DNA from: Myxococcota bacterium | GTDB taxonomy: Bacteria; Myxococcota_A; UBA9042; DTJE01 | Length of the DNA: 51,746 nucleotides | Direction: 5' to 3' | Assembly: GCA_029975745.1 (NCBI GenBank) | Contig: JARKOL010000158.1 | Coordinates: forward strand, 1 to 51,746 | In this document: positions 1-8,198 of the stretch, in pieces | How positions within the stretch are numbered: the stretch's first letter is position 1 | How the letters are laid out: every line of letters begins with the position of its first letter | Translations under genes and position numbers: made by a program | Notes under the pieces: model-generated | Databases searched by the model: none | Seen by the model: the letters and a program-made list of their open reading frames with translations, nothing else | What the model was told of the DNA's origin: nothing

Positions 1-493
1 TGCGAAGCGCGTCCTCGGAAAAACCGGACAGCGGCATCGAGGCCAGGCCGCGCTCGGTCGCCAGCAACATCAGCGCCATCGATGCGAACGCCGGGGCCCG
101 AATCGCCATCTGCAAACGGGCCCGGGCGCCGCCCTCGATGGTCTTGCGGACCAGCTCCTGCCGATCGCGCGCATCCTGTGGGGACGCCAGGCCCGCGCGC
201 AACCGGCGATCGAACTCACCGCCTACCAGGGCATCCACGCGCGTGTCCCCGCAGATGATGACGACGGCCGCGGCCTGTCGCACCACGTCCTGCCGGAAGG
301 CGCACTCGTACAGGAGCTGCTTGCGCTCGCGATCCCGCACGACGATGTACCGCCAGGGCTGAACCCCGAACTCGGAGGGCACCAGGCAGGCGTCCAGGAT
401 CATCTCTTCCAGGGTCTCGCGCGGCAGCAGCACGCCTTCGGGCTCGAACTGGCGCGTCGAACGGCGGCGCTTCAGGGCTTGAAGAACGGTCAT
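1..493 (-). CDS. nitroreductase family protein (partial; C-terminus runs off the window edge)
   Basis: Absent from the ORF track because it has no stop codon in the window. Minus-strand translation from the ATG at 493..491 gives MTVLQALKRRRSTRQFEPEGVLLPRETLEEMILDACLVPSEFGVQPWRYIVVRDRERKQLL..., the classic nitroreductase N-terminus (RRS.R.F ... PS..n.QPW.f.vv). A GGAGGG SD lies 7 nt upstream. Confidence 0.7.
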   Translation of the reverse strand, partial: MTVLQALKRRRSTRQFEPEGVLLPRETLEEMILDACLVPSEFGVQPWRYIVVRDRERKQLLYECAFRQDVVRQAAAVVIICGDTRVDALVGGEFDRRLRAGLASPQDARDRQELVRKTIEGGARARLQMAIRAPAFASMALMLLATERGLASMPLSGFSEDALR

Positions 494-547
494 CGCGGGT
501 CCCTCCGACCGCGGCGCCACGACGCGCCGACGCGGCCTCGATGTCTA

Positions 548-1879
548 CTACAGTTTGGCGGCCAGCTCCGCCAGTTCCGAACGCTCGCCCTTCATCAGGG
601 TCACCGTGGCCGCAATCGGGGTCTGCTTGAACTTCTCGGCGATGTAGACGAGGCCGTTGTTCACCGAGTCGACGTACGGGTTGTCGATCTGGTAGGGGTC
701 GCCCGTCAACACGATCTTGGTCCCGTCGCCAACCCGCGTGATGATGGTCTTGACCTCGTGGGGCGTCAGGTTCTGGGCCTCGTCCACGATCATGAACTGG
801 TTCGGAATCGAGCGCCCTCGGATGTACGTCAGCGGCTCGACTTCCATGAGTCCCATGTCCATCAGCTCGCGATAGGACCGACCCGACCGACGATCGGGGC
901 GCGAAAGGCCCATCAGGAACTCGACGTTGTCATGGATCGGCTGCATCCAGGGGTTCAGCTTCTCCTCGACGTCGCCGGGCAGGTACCCGATGTCGCGTCC
1001 CAGCGGGAAGATCGGGCGGGACACCAGCAGCCGCACGAAGTTCTTTTCCTCGGCGACCTTCTGCAGCCCCGCCGCAATGGCCAGCAGGGTCTTGCCGGTG
1101 CCGGCCTTGCCGATCAGCGTCACCAGCTTGATGTCGTCGCGCAGCAGCGCGTCCAGCGCGAAGTGCTGCTCCTTGTTGCGCGGCTTGATGCCCCAGACCG
1201 GATCGCGCAGGTCCACGATGCGCTGCAGCAGGCCCTCCTTCCGGTGCGTTCGCACCAGCGCGGACTGGGAGGGATTGACGGAACTCCGGACGACCAGGTA
1301 CTGGTTCTCGAACACCGACGCGTCGGCGGGCACCGGAACCGCCCCCGTCGCGAACAGTCGGGTCACCTCGTCCGGGGTCAGGCTGAGCTCCCCGGTCCCG
1401 GTGTACAACTCGGAAACATCCTTGTTCTCGCGGTCGTAGTCCTCGGCGCGCAGCCCCATGGCCTCGGCGCGAATGCGCAGGTTCACGTCCTTGGTGACGA
1501 ACACCAGCGGCGTGTCCGGCTCCTCGTGCGCCAGTTCCAGGGCCGACCCGACGATCAGCCGGTCCATCATGTGGCTGATCGACAGGTCCCGGTGAACCGG
1601 CGAAGTGTCCTCCAGGTGGTCGTGCCCCGAGAACAGCACCCGAACCGTGCCGCCGGCCTCGTTGGGCACTCCCGTCCGGATGTCGCCCTGCCGGCGAAGC
1701 CGGTCCAGCTTGCGCGACACCTGGCGTGCGTTCTGCCCCAGCTCGGACAGTTCCTTCTTGAAGTTGTCGATCTCCTCGATGACGTAGATGGGGACGCAGA
1801 CGATGTTGTCCGCGAACGAGGTCAACGCCCCCGGGTCGTGCAGCAGCACGTTGGTATCCAGGACGAAGTTCTTCTTCAT
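548..1879 (-). CDS. PhoH2-type protein: N-terminal PIN domain fused to a PhoH-like ATPase
   Basis: 443-aa ORF. PIN-like N-terminus (FVLDTNVLLHDP...IYVIEEID), Walker A GKAGTGKT and Walker B MIVDEAQNLT, and the PhoH C-terminal signature (KIVLTGDPYQIDNPY). Confidence 0.85.
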   Translation of the reverse strand: MKKNFVLDTNVLLHDPGALTSFADNIVCVPIYVIEEIDNFKKELSELGQNARQVSRKLDRLRRQGDIRTGVPNEAGGTVRVLFSGHDHLEDTSPVHRDLSISHMMDRLIVGSALELAHEEPDTPLVFVTKDVNLRIRAEAMGLRAEDYDRENKDVSELYTGTGELSLTPDEVTRLFATGAVPVPADASVFENQYLVVRSSVNPSQSALVRTHRKEGLLQRIVDLRDPVWGIKPRNKEQHFALDALLRDDIKLVTLIGKAGTGKTLLAIAAGLQKVAEEKNFVRLLVSRPIFPLGRDIGYLPGDVEEKLNPWMQPIHDNVEFLMGLSRPDRRSGRSYRELMDMGLMEVEPLTYIRGRSIPNQFMIVDEAQNLTPHEVKTIITRVGDGTKIVLTGDPYQIDNPYVDSVNNGLVYIAEKFKQTPIAATVTLMKGERSELAELAAKL

Positions 1880-1901
1880 GATTTCCCCGTGCGACCCGAC
1901 G

Positions 1902-2771
1902 TTATCGGCCGCATCCGAAATGGATTCGGAATGGCGTCTGGACGTCCTTGACGCCCCGGACGACCCGCTCCTGGGACATGCCCACGAACACCTGGAACGA
2001 GCGCTTCCCGGGCTCGACCCGCACGCCGGTGCGTTGACCCGGGGCGACGCCGACCACCGGCACGCCGTCGATCCACAGGGTCAGGAACCGGTGCTGCGAA
2101 GGATCGGTGCAGGTATCGGTGGTGTTCTCGAACGCGACCGGAATGCCCGAGGTGCCGGCAAGCAGCTCGGGGTACGTACAGCCGTAGGTCAGGGAACCGC
2201 CCTCGCCCAGGGGCGGGTGCGTCCACGACAGGGCGCGACGTCCTTCCACGAATGCCTCGATCAAGGCGGTGCGACTGGCCGCCCGTCGCGTCACCCGGCC
2301 GCCCGGCGGCACGGATCCCAGCGAATTGCCGTCGAGGAAGAACTCGACCGACTCGGGACGTCCGCAATCGCCCGATGAATTCACCAGATTCATGCCGACC
2401 TCGGCAGCCTGGCCGCCGTCGCTGGCCGTCCGGGCGAACGGGATCGTGGGGCACCCGGCCGGCACCAGGAATCCCGGGCCGCCGATCAGCGCCCTCGACT
2501 CCTCGAGCAGGGTTCCGTCCTCGGCGATGACCGCAACGCCGTAAAGCCCCCGGGGAAGCGAGACCGGCAACTCGCCGTCCGCGGCCACCTCGATGCGTGG
2601 CGACATCTCGGCTCCCATCAACTGGACCGCGACGGAAACGGCATCCCCGCATGCGGCGGTCCGGTTCACGATCCGCCCCGACACCAGCGCGGTCGAATCC
2701 GCGAAGCCGACGCGCCACGCGCCGACAAGCACGGCCAGGACCACCAGCGAATGAGGACGAAAGACGTTCAC
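1902..2771 (-). CDS. secreted hypothetical protein with PEGA/CarboxypepD_reg-like beta-sandwich repeats
   Basis: Part of ORF 1902..2876. I prefer the GTG at 2771, which opens a signal peptide (VNVFRPHSLVVLAVLVGAWRVGFA). The ATG-2876 extension would run through a TATAAT promoter and a palindrome. Three modules each end in G-C (PAGC, TYGC, HFGC), and there is a PEGA-like stretch WIDGVPVVGVAPGQRTGVRVEPGKRSFQVFV. The start is uncertain. Confidence 0.5.
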   Translation of the reverse strand: MNVFRPHSLVVLAVLVGAWRVGFADSTALVSGRIVNRTAACGDAVSVAVQLMGAEMSPRIEVAADGELPVSLPRGLYGVAVIAEDGTLLEESRALIGGPGFLVPAGCPTIPFARTASDGGQAAEVGMNLVNSSGDCGRPESVEFFLDGNSLGSVPPGGRVTRRAASRTALIEAFVEGRRALSWTHPPLGEGGSLTYGCTYPELLAGTSGIPVAFENTTDTCTDPSQHRFLTLWIDGVPVVGVAPGQRTGVRVEPGKRSFQVFVGMSQERVVRGVKDVQTPFRIHFGCGR

Positions 2772-2777
2772 CGGACG

Positions 2778-2805
2778 ATTATAGCCGCGTTGGTTCGCGA
2801 ACCAA
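2778..2805 (-). promoter_or_regulatory. putative sigma70 promoter (TTGGTT-16-TATAAT) overlapped by a perfect 16-bp palindrome TTGGTTCGCGAACCAA (operator candidate)
   Basis: The minus strand reads TTGGTTCGCGAACCAA-CGCGGC-TATAAT-CGTCCG-GTG. The palindrome is 2790..2805 and the -10 is 2783..2778. The last T of the -10 lies 7 nt before the G of the GTG at 2771. Confidence 0.45.
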
Positions 2806-2904
2806 GTGGGAAAAGGACTTGTCCGCGCGAACGGACGTGGAATCGCGTCGATTCGGAGTTGGTGGTGTGGGCGCAATCGAAGTGGACGGGGTGCGGGCGG
2901 GTGC

Positions 2905-4749
2905 CTAGAACACGACGTCCAGGGCGGACCGGTCGCCGTTCTTCATCACTTCCGCGCGGGCCTTGACCTGCGGCAGGATGTTGTTGACGAAGAAGATCGC
3001 GGACTGGGTCTTGCCGTAGTAGAACTTCGCTTCCGGATTCTCGGTCGCGACCTTCCGCTTGTCGGCCGGGCCGACCGCCTTGGCTTCCGCGTAGATCTTG
3101 GCCAGCGCCTGGTCCGCGACGATCGCCTCGTTCAGCAGGCCGTACGCGGCGATGACGTCGCCGAAGGACTCCAGGATCGGGTACGCCACCAGCATCAGGT
3201 ACTGCGGGTCCTGCAGGGCGATGCCCAGCATCTTCATGCAGACCTCGGCCAGCACGTTCCGGGCCTCGCCCAGCTTCATCACGTACTTGCCCATCGTCGG
3301 ATGGCCCTTCGTCTTGTCGACGAACGTGCCGATCTCCTTCAGGAAGGACACGAACACCTGCATGTTCTTCATCGGCAGCTTGCGGCCGGCCAGGTCCATC
3401 GCCTGGATGCCGTTGGTGCCTTCGTAGATCGGGGCGATGCGGGCGTCGCGGTAGTTCTGCTCGACCGGGTACTCGGAGCAGTAGCCATAGCCGCCGTACA
3501 CCTGGATCGCCAGGTCGCAGGCCTTGACGCCCATGTCCGAGCCGTACGCCTTGCAGACCGGGGTCAGCAGCTCGACGAAGTTGGTGTACTTCTCCTTCTC
3601 GGCCGGATCGGTCGCGGCGCGCGCCATGTCGGCGTACCACGCGGCGGTGTACAGCAGGGTCCGCAGGCCCTCGACGACCGACTTCTGCCACAGCAGCATG
3701 CGGCGGACGTCGGCGTGTTCGATGATCGGCACCTTGGGCGCCTTGGGGTCCTTCATCGCCAGGATGGACGAGCCCTGCAGGCGCTCGGCGGCGTACGCCT
3801 TGGCGGCCTCGTAGGACGCGCCGGCGGCGGCCAGGCCCTGGACGCCGACCATGATGCGGGCTTCGTTCATCATGTGGAACATGATTTTCATGCCCTCGAG
3901 CTCCTGGCCCAGCAGGTAGCCCTGGCAGTTCCCGTTCTCGCCGAAGTTCACGACGCACGTGGGCGAGCCCTTGATGCCCATCTTGTGCTCGATGCGGCCG
4001 ATCGACACGTCGTTGAACTCGCCGTTGGTCCCGTCGTCGTTGACGCGGTACTTCGGGACGATGAACAGCGACAGGCCCTTGGTGCCCGCGGGGGCGCCGG
4101 GGGTGCGCGCCAGGACGGCGTGGATGACGTTGTTCGTCAGGTTGTGGTCGCCGCCCGTGATGAAGATCTTGCTGCCCTGGATCGCGTACAGCCCGTTCGG
4201 CAGCTTCTCGGCCGTGGCCTTGTTCGCGCCGACGTCGGAGCCCGCGCCCGCTTCCGTCAGGCACATCGTGCCGGACCACTTGCCTTCCAGCAGGCCGGGG
4301 GCGAACTTCGCCTTCAGTTCCTCGGTGCCGAAGTCCTGCAGCAGGCTGATGACGCCTTCCGTCAGGCCGGCGGTCAACGCGAACGACACGCACGCGCCGA
4401 TGAAGAACTCGTGGATGACCTGGCCCATGACCCAGGGCAGGCCCTGGCCGCCGATCTCCTGCGACTGGATGGCGCCCAGCCAGCCGTTCTCGACCAGCTG
4501 CTTCCACGCGCCGACGAAGGGCTCGGGCAGCGTGACGACGCCGTTGTCGAACTTGGCGCCGACCTGGTCGGAGACTTCGTTCATCGGGGCGATCACGTTC
4601 TGCGCCAGCTTGTAGGCCTCGGTCAGGATCGCGTCGTAGTCGTCCTTCCCGTAGTCCGCGAACAGGGCCGTCTTCTGCAGGTCCTGAAGCTTCAGAACCT
4701 CGAAGAGCAGGAAGCGAATATCCCTCAGATCCGCCGTGTAGTTCGCCAT
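2905..4749 (-). CDS. acyl-CoA dehydrogenase (long form, about 614 aa, with C-terminal extension)
   Basis: ORF 2905..4821, trimmed to MANYTADLRDIRFLLFEV (ATG 4749) with a GGAGGG SD 7 nt upstream. ACAD signature GTMCLTEAGAGSDVG, plus IFITGGDH and GGYGY near the C-terminal catalytic region. Confidence 0.85.
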   Translation of the reverse strand: MANYTADLRDIRFLLFEVLKLQDLQKTALFADYGKDDYDAILTEAYKLAQNVIAPMNEVSDQVGAKFDNGVVTLPEPFVGAWKQLVENGWLGAIQSQEIGGQGLPWVMGQVIHEFFIGACVSFALTAGLTEGVISLLQDFGTEELKAKFAPGLLEGKWSGTMCLTEAGAGSDVGANKATAEKLPNGLYAIQGSKIFITGGDHNLTNNVIHAVLARTPGAPAGTKGLSLFIVPKYRVNDDGTNGEFNDVSIGRIEHKMGIKGSPTCVVNFGENGNCQGYLLGQELEGMKIMFHMMNEARIMVGVQGLAAAGASYEAAKAYAAERLQGSSILAMKDPKAPKVPIIEHADVRRMLLWQKSVVEGLRTLLYTAAWYADMARAATDPAEKEKYTNFVELLTPVCKAYGSDMGVKACDLAIQVYGGYGYCSEYPVEQNYRDARIAPIYEGTNGIQAMDLAGRKLPMKNMQVFVSFLKEIGTFVDKTKGHPTMGKYVMKLGEARNVLAEVCMKMLGIALQDPQYLMLVAYPILESFGDVIAAYGLLNEAIVADQALAKIYAEAKAVGPADKRKVATENPEAKFYYGKTQSAIFFVNNILPQVKARAEVMKNGDRSALDVVF

Positions 4750-4802
4750 GAACAGTCCCTCCAGTGATGAAGCGTAACGAAGGCAAAAATTGCCGACGTT
4801 CG

Positions 4803-4837
4803 AGCGTAGGAAACCCGTCAAAGCGTGTCAAGGGTTT
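4803..4837 (-). promoter_or_regulatory. putative promoter of the acyl-CoA dehydrogenase gene (TTGACA-17-TACGCT) with an overlapping inverted repeat AAACCC-N15-GGGTTT
   Basis: Minus strand: aaaaCCC-TTGACA-cgctttgacgggtttcc-TACGCT. The perfect -35 is at 4831..4826 and the -10 at 4808..4803. The IR arms are 4811..4816 and 4832..4837, and the spacer carries a direct repeat TTGAC-N5-TTGAC. Confidence 0.4.
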
Positions 4838-4857
4838 TGAATTGCGCCCGATCCGGG

Positions 4858-4886
4858 TTGACGCACGTCCGGAAGTCGGGTACAGC
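4858..4886 (+). promoter_or_regulatory. possible promoter of the aminotransferase gene (TTGACG-17-TACAGC), near-leaderless geometry
   Basis: TTGACG at 4858..4863, a 17-nt spacer, then TACAGC at 4881..4886. Only 8 nt separate the -10 from the ATG at 4895 and there is no SD. The -10 lacks the invariant final T, so confidence is low. Confidence 0.25.
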
Positions 4887-4894
4887 CCGCAGTC

Positions 4895-6076
4895 ATGAGT
4901 ATTTCATCCAACATTCGTGAAGGCATGGTTCGGGGGTCGTGGATTCGCAAGATGTTCGAGGAAGGCTTGCGACTCAAGGCGATCCATGGCGAGTACAACG
5001 TGTACGACTACACGTTGGGCAACCCGTACGTCGATCCGCCCGAGGCGTTCTTCCAGGCCCTGGAACAGGTCGTCGGGGACCGGAAGCGCCTGGCCCACGC
5101 CTACATGCAGAACAGCGGTCTCCCGGCCACGCGCGAGCGGATCGCCGCCGAACTGGCGCGCGAGACCGGACGGCCCTACACGGTGAATCACGTGGTGATG
5201 ACCGTCGGGGCGGCCGGCGCCATGAACGTCGCGCTCAAGTCGCTGCTGGAGCCGGGGGACGAGGTTCTGGTGATTGCGCCGTACTTCCCCGAGTACGCCT
5301 TCTACATCCAGAATCACGGCGGCGTGAAGGTGACCACCCAGGCCGGCGACGACTTCCTGCCGCGCCTGGACGATCTGGACCGGTGCATCGGGCCTCGCAC
5401 GCGCGCGCTGATCGTCAACTCGCCCTGCAACCCCAGCGGTCGCGTCTTTCCGGCCGAGGTGCTGGCGGGCATCGCCGAGCTGCTTCGTCGCAAGAACGTC
5501 GAGTTCGGGCGCACCATCTACCTGCTCTCGGACGAACCGTATCGTCGGCTGGTCTTCGACGGAATGCGGTCCACCAGCCCGTCGCTGTATTACGAACACA
5601 CCCTGATTGGCACCTCGCACTCGAAGGACCTGTCCCTGGCGGGCGAGCGCATCGGCTTCCTGGCCATCAGTCCGGACGCCGAGGACGCGGGCGAACTGTT
5701 CGCGGCGGCGACCTTCTGCAACCGGATCCTGGGATACGTGAATGCCCCGGCGCTGATGCAGCGGGTGCTGCAGGTCGTGTCGTCCTTCGATCCGCCAGTG
5801 GCCGTGTACCAGGCGAAGCGCGACCGCCTGTTCCAGGGGTTGACGGACATCGGCTACGACGTGCATCGACCCGAGGGGACCTTCTTCATGTTCCCGAAGT
5901 CCCCCCTCCAGGACGACCGGGCGTTCGTCGATGTCCTGCGCCGTCATCGGGTCCTGGTGACGCCCGGCGCGGGCTTCGAGTTCCCCGGCTACTTCCGCCT
6001 GTCGTTCGCCGTGGACGACGTGATCATCGAAAACAGCCTGCCCGCGTTCGCCGAGGCGCTTCGGGAAACGAAGTAG
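4895..6076 (+). CDS. pyridoxal-phosphate-dependent aminotransferase (class I/II, Asp/Ala aminotransferase-like)
   Basis: 393 aa. Motifs seen: NSPCNPSGRV (the N-P-x-N-P-[ST]-G motif), the PLP-lysine motif GTSHSKDLSLAGERIGF, and the C-terminal RLSF. Confidence 0.85.
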   Translation: MSISSNIREGMVRGSWIRKMFEEGLRLKAIHGEYNVYDYTLGNPYVDPPEAFFQALEQVVGDRKRLAHAYMQNSGLPATRERIAAELARETGRPYTVNHVVMTVGAAGAMNVALKSLLEPGDEVLVIAPYFPEYAFYIQNHGGVKVTTQAGDDFLPRLDDLDRCIGPRTRALIVNSPCNPSGRVFPAEVLAGIAELLRRKNVEFGRTIYLLSDEPYRRLVFDGMRSTSPSLYYEHTLIGTSHSKDLSLAGERIGFLAISPDAEDAGELFAAATFCNRILGYVNAPALMQRVLQVVSSFDPPVAVYQAKRDRLFQGLTDIGYDVHRPEGTFFMFPKSPLQDDRAFVDVLRRHRVLVTPGAGFEFPGYFRLSFAVDDVIIENSLPAFAEALRETK

Positions 6077-6098
6077 TTCCAAGGCATTCTGCGTCTGC

Positions 6099-6128
6099 TT
6101 GGCACCCTCACAAGCCCCGCCCTATCCT
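6099..6128 (+). promoter_or_regulatory. putative sigma70 promoter TTGGCA-18-TATCCT upstream of 6174..6500
   Basis: TTGGCA at 6099..6104 and TATCCT at 6123..6128. A GGAGG SD lies 6 nt before the ATG at 6174. This argues against the TTG-6099 start given in the ORF track. Confidence 0.4.
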
Positions 6129-6173
6129 GGACTCCGCGGGACGCCGTCGCGTCCCCATGAAACGGAGGCCGCC

Positions 6174-6500
6174 ATGCCCGTCGAAGCCATCCTTGACTCC
6201 ATGATCGATTGCGCGTTTCCCGTGGTCGAGTACGAAGGGACCCGGCCCGTTCGAGGCACCGACGGCACGCGACTGGGACCGTTCGGCATGGAGATCCGCA
6301 CGGATCGCCTGCCTCCCAACCGTTTCGCGTGGATGGGCTTCGATCTGCCGGGCGGCCGCCACGTCAAGGCCCTGGCCGAGGTGGTCGGCGTCATCGGCGA
6401 CGAGGACGAGCGAAATCGCGTGATCCTGCGATTCAAGCACGTCTTTCCGTCCGATCGCATGGTCCTGAGCGACTTCTTCCACGCCCGCGCCGCCGCCTGA
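6174..6500 (+). CDS. small hypothetical protein, possibly a degenerate PilZ-like beta-barrel
   Basis: 108 aa from the SD-supported ATG at 6174. MGFDLPGGRHVKALAEVVGV...VILRFKHVFPSDRMVLSDFF resembles the C-terminal half of PilZ domains, but no RxxxR / DxSxxG c-di-GMP motifs are visible. The family call is tentative. Confidence 0.4.
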   Translation: MPVEAILDSMIDCAFPVVEYEGTRPVRGTDGTRLGPFGMEIRTDRLPPNRFAWMGFDLPGGRHVKALAEVVGVIGDEDERNRVILRFKHVFPSDRMVLSDFFHARAAA

Positions 6501-6546
6501 TTTCAACCGCTTCCCCTTTCCAGGCGCCATTGAATCGTCATTGTTG

Positions 6547-6555
6547 TGGTATCAT
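6547..6555 (+). promoter_or_regulatory. possible extended -10 element TGgTATCAT for the 6589..9751 operon
   Basis: TG at 6547..6548 and TATCAT at 6550..6555, with no good -35. The GGAGGA SD at 6580..6585 precedes the ATG at 6589. Confidence 0.3.
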
Positions 6556-6588
6556 CCCGCCGGCGTTCGGCACCCGTGCGGAGGACCG

Positions 6589-6978
6589 ATGGAGAACGAG
6601 GCGCGCTATCAGTGTTACAAGTGCAAGGACGAACTGGTCTTCGACGTCAAGGTCGGCGAGCGGCCGCAGATCGGTCGCCGGGATCAGTGCCCGACCTGCA
6701 CCGCGTACCTTCACTGCTGCTACAACTGCCGGTTCTGGGACCCCGACGTACACAACCAGTGTACCGAGAACCAGGGTGAGTTCATTCGCGACCGTTCCGA
6801 GGGCAACTTCTGCCTGTACTTCACGTTCCGGACGCTCGTCGAGTCCGGCGAGGACGAGGCCGCCAAGGCCAAGGCCCGGCTGGACTCGATGTTCGGCGCC
6901 CCGCGTGCCGCGATGAGCCCCAAGTCCGCGGACGAGGCCAAGGCGCGTCTCGAGGCGCTTTTCGGCAAGAAGAAGTGA
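6589..6978 (+). CDS. cysteine-rich (9 Cys) zinc-ribbon-like small protein with a Lys/Ala-rich repeated tail
   Basis: 129 aa from the SD-supported ATG. Cys pattern C9-x2-C12 ... C34-x2-C37 ... C43-C44-x2-C47 ... C58 ... C75. The tail carries two copies of AKARL[DE]xxFG. Its stop overlaps the next start (GTGA at 6975..6978). Confidence 0.5.
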   Translation: MENEARYQCYKCKDELVFDVKVGERPQIGRRDQCPTCTAYLHCCYNCRFWDPDVHNQCTENQGEFIRDRSEGNFCLYFTFRTLVESGEDEAAKAKARLDSMFGAPRAAMSPKSADEAKARLEALFGKKK

Positions 6979-8138
6979 GCGCGCTCCGCATCCGGCTGGA
7001 CCCCGACATTCCCGAATCGAAGGGTGCCTTTGACGACCTGGGTACGGTCGTGCCCTTCGATCCCGCCGAGGTCGCCATCGACCCAAGGGCGGTGTCCGAC
7101 GCCCAGGTGCTGATCGTTCGCAGCCTGACGCGCATCGACGACGCATTGCTTCGGGCACTGCCCGAACTTCAGGTGGTCGCGACCCCGATCGTGGGTCTGG
7201 ACCACGTCGATCCGCGGGCGGTCGCGGCCTTCGAACGACGTCACGGCCGGGCGCTCCCCGTGGTGCATGCGCCGGGCGCCACCGCCGACGGGGTGGCGGA
7301 CTGGGTGATCGCCGCGCTGGCCGAGTCGCGAGCGCTTCCCTTCGAACGGCCCGGCGCGGTGACGGTCGGCATCCTGGGGCTTGGACATTGCGGAGGCGCG
7401 GTCGCCCGACGCCTGGACCTGCTGGGCATCCCGTGGGTGGCCTGCGATCCGCCTCGTCGGCAGGCCGGGGACGCGGGGCCGTGGGTGTCGCACGACGCGC
7501 TTGCGGACTGCGACATCGTCACGGTTCACGTGCCTCTGACACGGGTTGGCGAGGGGCCGTGGCCGACCTCGAATCTGCTGGACGCGCCGCTCCTGGAGAA
7601 CCTGGGACGGGGGCGGTGCCGCTTCCTGGTGAACAGTTCCCGTGGGGCGGTCCTGGACGAACAGGCGGTCCTGCGGGGCGCCTCCTCGGCGGCCCCCTTT
7701 CCCCGGCTCATTCTGGACGTCTATCGGGACGAGCCCTGCCCGTCGCCCGAACTGGTGGCTATGGCCGCGTTCGCCACGCCGCATGTGGCGGGCAATGTCA
7801 TCGAGGGGCGCCAAAGGGCCATTCGCATGGTGCATGACCGGATTGCGCGCCTGCTGGGCCTCCGCCAACCCAGCGTCGCAACGGGCGGTCCGTCCCCGAA
7901 GTCCGAGCTCGCCCAGGGAACGGAAGATGGCGTCCTCGTGGATGTCCCGGCCTGGGTCCGAACCACCGGACTTGGATCGTGTGCCTCGTCCTTCCGGCGG
8001 GACTATCCGGCGGCGGCGCCGGACGTTCGCGCATCGGTGTTTCGCAGGATCCGTGGTGCGGCGATGCGTCGCGAAGGAAGGTGGGAACGCCCGTTCTCGC
8101 CCGGGATATCGACGAATGGCGGCGCCGGCATCGTTTGA
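6975..8138 (+). CDS. pdxB: erythronate-4-phosphate dehydrogenase-like D-2-hydroxyacid dehydrogenase
   Basis: 387 aa with a GTG start. It is colinear with E. coli PdxB from the N-terminus: IRLDPDIP...LIVRSLTRID...GLDHVD, the Rossmann motif GILGLGHCGGAVARRL, CDPPR, VTVHVPLT, NSSRGAVLDE, DVYRDEP and the catalytic His in TPHVAGN. Confidence 0.7.
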   Translation: MSALRIRLDPDIPESKGAFDDLGTVVPFDPAEVAIDPRAVSDAQVLIVRSLTRIDDALLRALPELQVVATPIVGLDHVDPRAVAAFERRHGRALPVVHAPGATADGVADWVIAALAESRALPFERPGAVTVGILGLGHCGGAVARRLDLLGIPWVACDPPRRQAGDAGPWVSHDALADCDIVTVHVPLTRVGEGPWPTSNLLDAPLLENLGRGRCRFLVNSSRGAVLDEQAVLRGASSAAPFPRLILDVYRDEPCPSPELVAMAAFATPHVAGNVIEGRQRAIRMVHDRIARLLGLRQPSVATGGPSPKSELAQGTEDGVLVDVPAWVRTTGLGSCASSFRRDYPAAAPDVRASVFRRIRGAAMRREGRWERPFSPGISTNGGAGIV

Positions 8139-8198
8139 CAATCCTCCCGTGCTGGTTGAGAATGGCGTGACTTGGCTGGTTCGAAGCGAGCGTTCACT

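Noticed and set aside
2790-2805. Palindrome TTGGTTCGCGAACCAA considered as the intrinsic terminator of the acyl-CoA dehydrogenase gene
   Set aside because: As RNA it would form only a 6-bp stem with a CGCG loop, and no U-tract follows. Its overlap with a -35/TATAAT promoter fits an operator better.
6100-6115. Sigma54-like TGGCAC element (TGGCACCCTCACAAGC) upstream of the small PilZ-like ORF, noted because an NtrC-family activator is in the window
   Set aside because: The GG-to-GC spacing is 11 nt rather than the required 10, and the -12 region is CAAGC, not TTGC. The same bases fit a sigma70 promoter well (TTGGCA-18-TATCCT).
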